This document shows positions 8,690-15,744 of a stretch of DNA of 24,862 nt, one piece after another. The notes beneath the pieces were generated by a model. It was given only the letters and a program-made list of their open reading frames with translations, searched no databases and had not been told where the DNA came from. The translations under genes were made by a program, and so were the position numbers. Source of the stretch: a virus (Duplodnaviria > Caudoviricetes); the IMG/VR virus record IMGVR_UViG_3300020460_000051, positions 1 through 24,862 of that record; one strand, written 5' to 3'. Position 1 is the stretch's first letter. Every line of letters begins with the position of its first letter.

Positions 8690-8724
8690 CTAACGCATTA
8701 TTTTCATATGATGCGTATTTTTTT

Positions 8725-8754
8725 GTTTACATTACTTTTTTTCTATGATACAAT
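8725..8754 (+). promoter_or_regulatory. T4-type early promoter
   Basis: GTTTACA (8725-8731), 17 nt spacer, TACAAT (8749-8754) with TG extension; AAGGAG RBS follows. Confidence 0.8.
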
Positions 8755-8777
8755 AAAATCATAAGGAGTAAAAAGAT

Positions 8778-8945
8778 ATGATTTCAAATGAATGGTTCGA
8801 AGAACAGGATATCAGAGAAGATATTAAATGGTCAGATGAATATGACAGAAGAGTCGAAGAGTTCATCAAAGAAGAAGGTTCTAATGTAGCAGATGCTCAA
8901 TACTTTGTAATGGAAGAAATGTTAGAGGAAAGGAGAATATCGTAA
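8778..8945 (+). CDS. Small highly acidic early protein (55 aa; not in ORF track)
   Basis: AAGGAG RBS; MISNEWFEEQDIREDIKWSDEYDRRVEEFIKEEGSNVADAQYFVMEEMLEERRIS*; TAATG coupling to the next gene. Confidence 0.7.
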   Translation: MISNEWFEEQDIREDIKWSDEYDRRVEEFIKEEGSNVADAQYFVMEEMLEERRIS

Positions 8946-9160
8946 TGAAATTTAAAAGATATACAACCAAAGCTTACTACGTATATTATACCCCACAATT
9001 AGGTAGACGTAAGGAAGGCTGGATCGGTGGTCTAGGTACAACCGAAGAAGAATCAGTAAAAGATGCAATTAAGGATTGCAAAAAATATAAAATACCAGTT
9101 GAAAGAATCCAAAGATTCGAAACTAAAGAGTTTAATTTAGATTTAAAGGATATAGCATAA
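8945..9160 (+). CDS. Hypothetical protein
   Basis: AAGGAG RBS; TAATG couplings at both ends. Confidence 0.65.
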   Translation: MKFKRYTTKAYYVYYTPQLGRRKEGWIGGLGTTEEESVKDAIKDCKKYKIPVERIQRFETKEFNLDLKDIA

Positions 9161-9402
9161 TGCAACAGTATCAATGCACTTATAAGAAAAAATTTCCAGT
9201 AGACGAATATGGTCGTCTAGGAGGTTTTTATAGTTTAGCAGATATACCTGTAGCCGGGTATGAAATTAAAGAACGTAGAGGAATTGTCCTAGGACAGTAT
9301 AAGGATGAAGATATCTATGGAAATACTTTATATAAAGTACAAGATATAGAAAATCCATCTTACTTCTTCGCAGTTCCAGTTAAGGATGTAGAGATAGATT
9401 AA
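9160..9402 (+). CDS. Hypothetical protein
   Basis: TAATG couplings at both ends. Confidence 0.65.
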   Translation: MQQYQCTYKKKFPVDEYGRLGGFYSLADIPVAGYEIKERRGIVLGQYKDEDIYGNTLYKVQDIENPSYFFAVPVKDVEID

Positions 9403-9644
9403 TGAAAGACGGAAAGATAGTACAGTTTATAGGATTTAGAGGAGATGAATATTACTCTGCCGTAAAGATATGGGGAGAGCCTGACTTCATTCATCCTGTA
9501 AACGACTATCGAGCCAATGTTGATATTGACTGGGAAAACGATATCATAATATTTGCAGGTAAAGAACGTCCAGGAGTTAAAAGATTTTATAGAAGAGAAT
9601 ATGCAGATATGAACTTAGAAGGTACGAAATGGTTAAAACAGTGA
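9402..9644 (+). CDS. Hypothetical protein
   Basis: Coupled ORF; contains FIGFRGDEY-SAVKIWGEPDFIH. Confidence 0.65.
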   Translation: MKDGKIVQFIGFRGDEYYSAVKIWGEPDFIHPVNDYRANVDIDWENDIIIFAGKERPGVKRFYRREYADMNLEGTKWLKQ

Positions 9645-9763
9645 AAAGAACTCGAAATCCTATAGCAAGAAAAGTAAAGACTCCAAGATATAGAAAGAGA
9701 GTTATACAGGACAAGAAGAAAAAGATGAAGAGAGGATATAGTAAATATGTTGCATACACCTGA
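9641..9763 (+). CDS. Small basic protein, ArfA-like (40 aa; not in ORF track)
   Basis: GTG start overlapping the upstream TGA; MKRTRNPIARKVKTPRYRKRVIQDKKKKMKRGYSKYVAYT*. Confidence 0.5.
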   Translation: MKRTRNPIARKVKTPRYRKRVIQDKKKKMKRGYSKYVAYT

Positions 9764-10043
9764 TATCAACCAAGAAATTAAGAATAGAATTAAACTATCT
9801 ATCGCAGCATACGCCTATGAGTATAAGAGCGATCCTATCATGTCTGACGATGAATTTGATCAACTGGCTCTAAAGATCAACCCAGAAGAAAAAACTGGAA
9901 ACATTAAGTTAGATAATTTCTTTAGAAAACACTTTGCAACTGACACAGGTTTATGGGTTCGTAAACATCCTGAGTTAAATAAATTGGAATGGCTATATAA
10001 TGAGTACTTTAAGAACAGTGATAAAAATGTCACAGTACAATAA
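9747..10043 (+). CDS. Stand-alone NAD+-dependent DNA ligase domain Ia-like protein
   Basis: AAYAYEYKSDPIMSDDEFDQL matches the LigA Ia signature (Y-Y...P-ISD-EYD-L); no adenylation domain follows. Confidence 0.65.
   Translation: MLHTPDINQEIKNRIKLSIAAYAYEYKSDPIMSDDEFDQLALKINPEEKTGNIKLDNFFRKHFATDTGLWVRKHPELNKLEWLYNEYFKNSDKNVTVQ
10017..10034. promoter_or_regulatory. Palindromic operator-like site (copy 2, inverted)
   Basis: AGTGATAAAAATGTCACA; its reverse complement matches copy 1 at 16/18 positions. Confidence 0.5.
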
Positions 10044-10070
10044 TTTTTTTATATGAAAGTGAATTTAACT

Positions 10071-10100
10071 GTTTACTATGATAGAAAAATGTGGTATAAT
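10071..10100 (+). promoter_or_regulatory. T4-type early promoter
   Basis: GTTTACT (10071-10077), 17 nt spacer ending TGTGG, TATAAT (10095-10100); close to the T4 early consensus. Confidence 0.85.
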
Positions 10101-10137
10101 GATATTATAAATGACAACAAATTAAGGAGTAGAAAAT

Positions 10138-10320
10138 ATGTCAGGAATTAAAAGATTTATAGAAAATGTAGAAGAATTTGTTAACAATCATGAGTTAACA
10201 TTTCCTTCAATGTCTCAAGAAGAAGTAGATACTATTCTTGCGGATGTAGAAGAATCATTCGGATCCATGGGTAAAGATCATGCTCATGATTATATTATAC
10301 AACAACAAATTTCTTACTAA
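10138..10320 (+). CDS. Small acidic early protein
   Basis: AAGGAG RBS; first gene after the early promoter. Confidence 0.7.
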   Translation: MSGIKRFIENVEEFVNNHELTFPSMSQEEVDTILADVEESFGSMGKDHAHDYIIQQQISY

Positions 10321-10336
10321 TAGGGAGAATTATATT

Positions 10337-11323
10337 ATGTCACATGAAATTGAAATGATCAATGGTCAGGCTCAAATGGCTTACGCAGGTGAAGTTCCAT
10401 GGCACGGCCTAGGAGTTCCAGTATCAAACGATCTGACTCCAACACAAATGATGGAAAAAGCAGGCTTAGACTGGAAGGTAGAAACAAGGCCTCTTTACTA
10501 TAAAGGAGCGTTTGCTTCTGATGTTAACGTACCAAACAAGCGTGCTCTCGTTAGAGAAACAGATGGAAAGTTACTCGATGTTATTGGTTCTGACTGGGAA
10601 CCGGTACAAAATGAAGAGGCATTTAACTTCTTCTCTGAATATGTACTCGCAGGTGACATGGAAATGAATACTGCAGGTTCTATCAGAAACGGTAGAAATG
10701 TATTTGCCTTAGCTAAGGTTAAGGAATCATTTGAACTTTTCGGCGGTGATAGAGTTGACTCATACCTACTCTTCTCAAATCCTCATCATTATGGTAAGTC
10801 GATCGATATTAGGTTTACTCCTATCAGAGTAGTATGCAACAATACTCTATCGGTTGCGTTGGATGGAACTGCTAAGACAGGTATTCAACTTTCACACCGT
10901 GTTAAGTTTGATGCTGATAGCGTTAAGGAAACTCTAGGTATTGCTTCTGCAAAATTCGCTAAGTACAAGGAAGCTGCTGACTACCTAGGCAGTAAGAGGT
11001 ACACATTCGATTCTCTTATCGATTACTACAACAATGTGTTTCCAAGAACTTCATCTAAAAAGGTTGATGATGGTAAGATTACCGACAAGGTTCTTCAACT
11101 ATCTAAAAACGCCAAGGACGCATATGATGCTATCGAACTACAACCCGGTGCAAACTTCGCCAAAGGTTCATGGTGGCAGGCGTATAACTCAGTTACATAC
11201 ATAACTGATCATGTTCAGGGTAGAAACCAAGACAACAGGTTATATTCTTCTTGGTTCGGTGGAAACCAAAAGCGTAAGAGAGATGCTCTTGAAACTGCTT
11301 TAAAGTTTGCGGAGGCTGCGTAA
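10337..11323 (+). CDS. DUF932 / TIGR03299-like phage-plasmid protein
   Basis: PWHGLG, AGLDWKV, PVQNEEAFNFF, YLLFSNPH, TPIRVVCNNTL, W-AYNSVT-ITDH. Start at 10337 after GGGAG. Confidence 0.85.
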   Translation: MSHEIEMINGQAQMAYAGEVPWHGLGVPVSNDLTPTQMMEKAGLDWKVETRPLYYKGAFASDVNVPNKRALVRETDGKLLDVIGSDWEPVQNEEAFNFFSEYVLAGDMEMNTAGSIRNGRNVFALAKVKESFELFGGDRVDSYLLFSNPHHYGKSIDIRFTPIRVVCNNTLSVALDGTAKTGIQLSHRVKFDADSVKETLGIASAKFAKYKEAADYLGSKRYTFDSLIDYYNNVFPRTSSKKVDDGKITDKVLQLSKNAKDAYDAIELQPGANFAKGSWWQAYNSVTYITDHVQGRNQDNRLYSSWFGGNQKRKRDALETALKFAEAA

Positions 11324-11667
11324 TGAGTAAAATATTCTCAACATCAAGGCAGATATCTTCATTGATTTCAACACGTTTAGCTGATTCAAAAAGGAGAGCA
11401 AAGAAAAAAGGATATGAGCATGACATCGATCATGCTTATATTTCTCATCTTTTAAAAGTTTCTGGTGGAAGATGTCCACTTACGCAAAGAAAATTTGTTA
11501 TTGAATTAAATCACCCGGATAATTTTTCTCTTGATAGAATCGATAGCTCAAAAGGTTATACCAAAAATAACGTCTGGCTTATAACTACTTGGGCAAATAT
11601 AGCAAAAAGTGATTTATCACTAGAAGATTTCCGAAAAAATTGCAATCTTGTCGTGGAGGCAGCATAA
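11323..11667 (+). CDS. HNH-like (beta-beta-alpha-metal) endonuclease
   Basis: GRCPLT...SLDRIDSSKGYTKNNVWL...NIAK motif. Confidence 0.75.
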   Translation: MSKIFSTSRQISSLISTRLADSKRRAKKKGYEHDIDHAYISHLLKVSGGRCPLTQRKFVIELNHPDNFSLDRIDSSKGYTKNNVWLITTWANIAKSDLSLEDFRKNCNLVVEAA

Positions 11668-11981
11668 TGATGATAAAGCCAAATAGAACCAGTTCATACA
11701 TCTCGACCATATTCATGGACAATAAGAAAGATCTTGAACATCTACAGTCCATAAGAAATATGGTCAAGAACTTAAACCGAGATCTTAGAAGACAAAAGGC
11801 TCGAGATAACTATAACAGTCCCTTGCAGTTTTATGTTAAGCTGCAAGGAAGGTTAGGTAAGAACAGGAAAGGTCCTATTGCGGATATGTACAGAAGCCTA
11901 TGGAATAGAGGAGGCAGTGTTTGTGTATCAGTCGATGATGCTAAATACTGCGATGTATATCTGTATCGAAGATGGCAATAA
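11667..11981 (+). CDS. Hypothetical protein
   Basis: GGAGG plus TAATG coupling places the start at 11667 rather than 11640. Confidence 0.65.
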   Translation: MMIKPNRTSSYISTIFMDNKKDLEHLQSIRNMVKNLNRDLRRQKARDNYNSPLQFYVKLQGRLGKNRKGPIADMYRSLWNRGGSVCVSVDDAKYCDVYLYRRWQ

Positions 11982-11989
11982 TAACCTAC

Positions 11990-12019
11990 AGGGGAACTTC
12001 GGTTCCCCTTCGTTTTTTT
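11990..12019 (+). terminator. Rho-independent terminator with cUUCGg tetraloop
   Basis: AGGGGAAC-TTCG-GTTCCCCT followed by a T-run; typical of T4-like phages. Confidence 0.9.
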
Positions 12020-12026
12020 ATAAATA
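12019..12026 (+). promoter_or_regulatory. T4 late promoter
   Basis: Exact intergenic TATAAATA directly after the terminator and about 30 nt before the 12059 ATG. Confidence 0.85.
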
Positions 12027-12058
12027 GATCTATAGTTTATAAGATAAGGTTCTAGAAA

Positions 12059-12808
12059 ATGATTTCATTCAAAAATTTTATTGCTGAAAATAAACCTAAG
12101 GGAAAAGATGTTCTTCCAGATGTCAAAGGACACCAGACTCCAGGTTACTATAAAGATTTAGATAAAGAGACAAAAATTAAAAGAGCTAAAGCAATTAATC
12201 GTCAAAAGGACATGCCAGATAATGATCCTACAGCCTATAAAAAATTACCCGGAGATGATAAAGCTAAAACTAAGCTTAGTAAACATACTAAGAAAGTTAT
12301 GAGGATGTATCCGTCTTTATATAAGAAAAAACAAAATGAATCAGTATTACATGAAGACCCAAGCTCATCTTTAAAAACTAAGTCAGAAAAAAGTGGAATT
12401 CCTGTTGGAATATTAAGACAAGTATATAACAGAGGAATGGCTGCTTGGAAGACAGGTCATAGGCCAGGAGCCGGTCAACAACAATGGGCTCATGCTAGAG
12501 TCAATAGTTTTATAAGTAAAGGTTCTGGCACTTGGGGAAAGGCCGATAAAGATTTAGCCGCAAAGGCAAGAGCATCAAAGAAGTCAAGAAAAGAAAACTA
12601 CAATGAAGGATCAGAATCTTGGAAGGCAGGTTATACTCGTAGAGTCGTAAAGACTTCTAAGCCTGAGCACAAAGAGAAAGGTTATAACTGGAGAATCAAA
12701 GGTAAGGATCGTCCAGAAATATCAATTAAATTATATAAAGAAAAACCATCGCAGTCTGAATTTAACAAACAGATGAAGAGAGTCGCAGGACACGAGTTCG
12801 GAGGATAA
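12059..12808 (+). CDS. Putative internal head protein, modular (DUF5824-like segment)
   Basis: CTS-like start MISFKNFIAE; basic modules split at LHE|D and YNE|G; VYNRGMAAWKTGHRPG...WAHARVNSF segment. Confidence 0.65.
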   Translation: MISFKNFIAENKPKGKDVLPDVKGHQTPGYYKDLDKETKIKRAKAINRQKDMPDNDPTAYKKLPGDDKAKTKLSKHTKKVMRMYPSLYKKKQNESVLHEDPSSSLKTKSEKSGIPVGILRQVYNRGMAAWKTGHRPGAGQQQWAHARVNSFISKGSGTWGKADKDLAAKARASKKSRKENYNEGSESWKAGYTRRVVKTSKPEHKEKGYNWRIKGKDRPEISIKLYKEKPSQSEFNKQMKRVAGHEFGG

Positions 12809-12812
12809 TTTC

Positions 12813-13628
12813 ATGATGAGGTTTAGATCATTTTTTAGAGAGATGGCGGAGGTCAATGTAGCTGATCTAGACGCAGAGTTTCTCAAGAGAGCTCAAAAAG
12901 TAACATCCTTTAACTTGACGTCAAAAGACTTTATAAGCTTAAAACACAAAAAAGAAATCCAGCATCTATTTAGAACTCACTTCTTTCCTAAGTTTAATCT
13001 TGATAATACTATATCGGGAAAACCTACTCCGTCTAAGCTCAATAAATTAATATCTCAACTTAAGAACATTAATATGGGAGCTTTTCAGAAGCTTCATAAC
13101 TACAACCTTAAAGGCGTAGGTCCTGCTGAAGCAACGCTTTTCTTTCTTTTGGATGATGCTCATCTAGGAGGAGGATCGAGTGCCGGCATTGATATTGTAG
13201 TCGGTGGAAAGAACTATGAGGTTAAAGCCGGAAACATTCCTGCTGAAGGAGGAGGAAAGCATATTATCGGATTTAAACTTGGAGGAACTGTTCCTCTGGA
13301 TAAGATGGTGACCGCGGCATTGAAGATAAGAGACAGTAATCCTAGAATAAAATCAGCCGGAAAAGAAAAGACCGGTGTTAATGGAAATCAAATTAAGATG
13401 ATTAGAGCTGATCGTAAGCTAGGGGCTCAATGGAAAAAAGAAGTTGAAGTTCCTTATGCAAGAGCTGCATCAAAATATCTAGGTAAAAATGAAATTATAT
13501 TTATGGTTAATACTACACCTAAGGCAAGAATGGGAGAGTGTGCTTCAATATCAAAGGTAAAAATATCAGATGTTTCAATTGATGTTGTAACACAAGGAAC
13601 AATTAAGCCGAGAGTGAGGATAGGATGA
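12813..13628 (+). CDS. Putative PD-(D/E)XK nuclease-fold protein with CTS-like leader
   Basis: MMRFRSFFREMAE leader; GPAE helix, then GID-x7-YEVK. Confidence 0.55.
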   Translation: MMRFRSFFREMAEVNVADLDAEFLKRAQKVTSFNLTSKDFISLKHKKEIQHLFRTHFFPKFNLDNTISGKPTPSKLNKLISQLKNINMGAFQKLHNYNLKGVGPAEATLFFLLDDAHLGGGSSAGIDIVVGGKNYEVKAGNIPAEGGGKHIIGFKLGGTVPLDKMVTAALKIRDSNPRIKSAGKEKTGVNGNQIKMIRADRKLGAQWKKEVEVPYARAASKYLGKNEIIFMVNTTPKARMGECASISKVKISDVSIDVVTQGTIKPRVRIG

Positions 13629-13840
13629 GAAAAAAGAGTCATTTTGTATATCAAAAAAATGTACCTGACTATCAGACAATAGTTCACAGAGGTACAGAGG
13701 AATCTTCAAAGAAATTTATTAAGGATAAAGCTAAGTTCTTTCTTCATAAAGGTAAAGATTTTGTTATTTACAAAAAACCTATAGGAAGAGGAATTAGACC
13801 AAGTGATGCTTTAGACTTCAAATACATACATAAAAAATAA
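13625..13840 (+). CDS. Hypothetical basic protein
   Basis: ATGA overlap; GAGGA upstream. Confidence 0.6.
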   Translation: MRKKSHFVYQKNVPDYQTIVHRGTEESSKKFIKDKAKFFLHKGKDFVIYKKPIGRGIRPSDALDFKYIHKK

Positions 13841-13841
13841 A

Positions 13842-14159
13842 ATGATAAAATTCAAAGACTTTATCGCCGAAGCCGATCCTAAAGTAGGTACGGGTAAGAA
13901 GCCGAAAGGATCAGGCAGAAGACTATACACCGATGAAAATCCAAAAGACACAGTTAGTATTAAGTTCGCGACTCCTGCAGATGCAAGAGCTACCGTGGCA
14001 AAAGTCAAGAGGATTAATAAACCTTATGCCAGAAAAATACAGATACTCACTGTAGGTGAGCAGAGAGCAAAGGTAATGGGTAAAACTAAGGTGGTAAGTA
14101 TATTTACGAAGGCCAAGAAAGTTTTAAAGAAACAGCACGAAGCTAAAAAAGAAAAATGA
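13842..14159 (+). CDS. Putative internal head protein (basic; LYTDENPK motif)
   Basis: CTS-like MIKFKDFIAE|A. Confidence 0.65.
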   Translation: MIKFKDFIAEADPKVGTGKKPKGSGRRLYTDENPKDTVSIKFATPADARATVAKVKRINKPYARKIQILTVGEQRAKVMGKTKVVSIFTKAKKVLKKQHEAKKEK

Positions 14160-15382
14160 GATTTTTAGAATACATCGCCGAGCAGAAGAACACTCATATG
14201 ACACATATAGAGGATAAGGTACTATATGGAGGAGTTGACGGTACACGTCAAGCGATACTCGCATTGAGGTCTTTAAGAGACATGCTAGGTGGAGTCAAGG
14301 AAGGATCGGCCAGCGTTAAGTGGGACGGTGCACCTGCAGTATTCGCAGGTATTGATCCAAGAGACGGTAAGTTCTTCGTAGCTAAGAAAGGAATATTCAA
14401 CAAGTCACCGAAAGTATACAAGACCAATGCTGACATTGACAACGATACTTCAGGCGACTTATCTAAAAAATTAAAGGTAGCATTGAAATATCTACCATCA
14501 CTAGGAATCAAGGGGGTCATACAAGGAGACTTTTTATACGGACCAGGTGAATTGAAAAAACAGAAGATCAAGGGTGCAAACTATATCACCTTTCATCCTA
14601 ATACAATCGTCTATGCTGTACCAGCTGAGTCACAGAATGCAAAGGAATTAATCAAATCAAAAATAGGCATAGTGTGGCATACAACATACACAGGAAATTC
14701 ATTTGAAAGTATGAAGGCATCATACGGTGTCAATGTAAATAAGTTAGGAAAGAATCCTAACGTATGGTCTCAAGACGCGATGTTGAGGGACATGACACGT
14801 TATACTATGTCTAAAAAGGAGACAGACACAGTAAATGAGTATCTTTCACAGGCAGGGGTACTATTCAATCAAATTTCTGGTAACGTTCTTAGAGATCTTG
14901 AAAAAAACCAGAGTCTTGCTCAAACCATTGAAACATTTAACAACACTTATGTCAGACGTGGAATGGTCATCAAAGACACGAAGAAACACGTCAACAACCT
15001 CATACGATACATTACGAGCAAATATAAAAAAGAGATTGATAGTCGCAAAACAGAAAAAGGAAAAAAAGTACAGCAAGCAAAGTTGAATGACGTACTACAA
15101 TTCTTTTCAAATAGAAACAAAAATAACTTAAAAAAAATATTCGATCTGCAAAAATTAATCGTCGTAGTAAAATTAAAACTTATAAATATACTAAATAAGT
15201 TTATTAAACTGGACACCTTCGTTAAAACGCCGAGAGGTTTTAAGACCACCGGCCAAGAAGGATATGTTGCAATTGATAAACTAGGTGGTGACGCGGTAAA
15301 GATTGTTGATAGACTCGAGTTTTCATACAACAACTTTAGCCCGAACATATTAAAAGGATGGGATAAACCAACGAGGAACTGA
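14156..15382 (+). CDS. DUF6267-like protein; putative ATP-dependent ligase/covalent nucleotidyltransferase fold, with CTS-like leader
   Basis: MRFLEYIAE|Q leader; KNTHMTHIED; VKWDG (motif I), IQGDFL (III), EGYV (IV), VKIV (V). Confidence 0.65.
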   Translation: MRFLEYIAEQKNTHMTHIEDKVLYGGVDGTRQAILALRSLRDMLGGVKEGSASVKWDGAPAVFAGIDPRDGKFFVAKKGIFNKSPKVYKTNADIDNDTSGDLSKKLKVALKYLPSLGIKGVIQGDFLYGPGELKKQKIKGANYITFHPNTIVYAVPAESQNAKELIKSKIGIVWHTTYTGNSFESMKASYGVNVNKLGKNPNVWSQDAMLRDMTRYTMSKKETDTVNEYLSQAGVLFNQISGNVLRDLEKNQSLAQTIETFNNTYVRRGMVIKDTKKHVNNLIRYITSKYKKEIDSRKTEKGKKVQQAKLNDVLQFFSNRNKNNLKKIFDLQKLIVVVKLKLINILNKFIKLDTFVKTPRGFKTTGQEGYVAIDKLGGDAVKIVDRLEFSYNNFSPNILKGWDKPTRN

Positions 15383-15741
15383 TGTTAAAATTTATTGATT
15401 TCGTACTAGAAGAATCCGAAGATATTGCAGAAGCAATATCAGCAGCTCAGAGAGTTAAGAGAAAGCTCAGTACCATGAAAAGAGCCGGTAAACTATCTGC
15501 TGCAAGAAAAAGATGGAAAGGTCGTAGAGCAAATCTTGATAGGCTCAAGAGAAGAGCTACAAGAGGAAGTCGAATGCAAAGAAAGAAAAAATTTGCTAGA
15601 GGACAAAATCTCAGTAAGATGGGTGCAGCTCAATTAGCTGGTCTAGAAAGAAGATTAGATACTAGGGCTCAAAAGATCAGAGGTGTTAAACTTGCTAGAA
15701 GGTTACTTCCAATTAAGAGAAGAGCAGACTTAGGAAGATAA
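15382..15741 (+). CDS. Arg/Lys-rich putative internal head protein
   Basis: MLKFIDFVLEESEDIAE|A acidic leader followed by an extremely basic body. Confidence 0.65.
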   Translation: MLKFIDFVLEESEDIAEAISAAQRVKRKLSTMKRAGKLSAARKRWKGRRANLDRLKRRATRGSRMQRKKKFARGQNLSKMGAAQLAGLERRLDTRAQKIRGVKLARRLLPIKRRADLGR

Positions 15742-15744
15742 ATC

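Noticed and set aside
10138-10320. N-terminus MSGIKRFIENVEE as another capsid-targeting tag
   Set aside because: It lacks the F-x-x-F/Y spacing and sits behind an early promoter.
15181-15188. TATAAATA inside the ligase-fold gene
   Set aside because: It could be an internal late promoter for 15382 onward, but it lies in coding sequence about 190 nt from the next start and cannot be supported from sequence alone.
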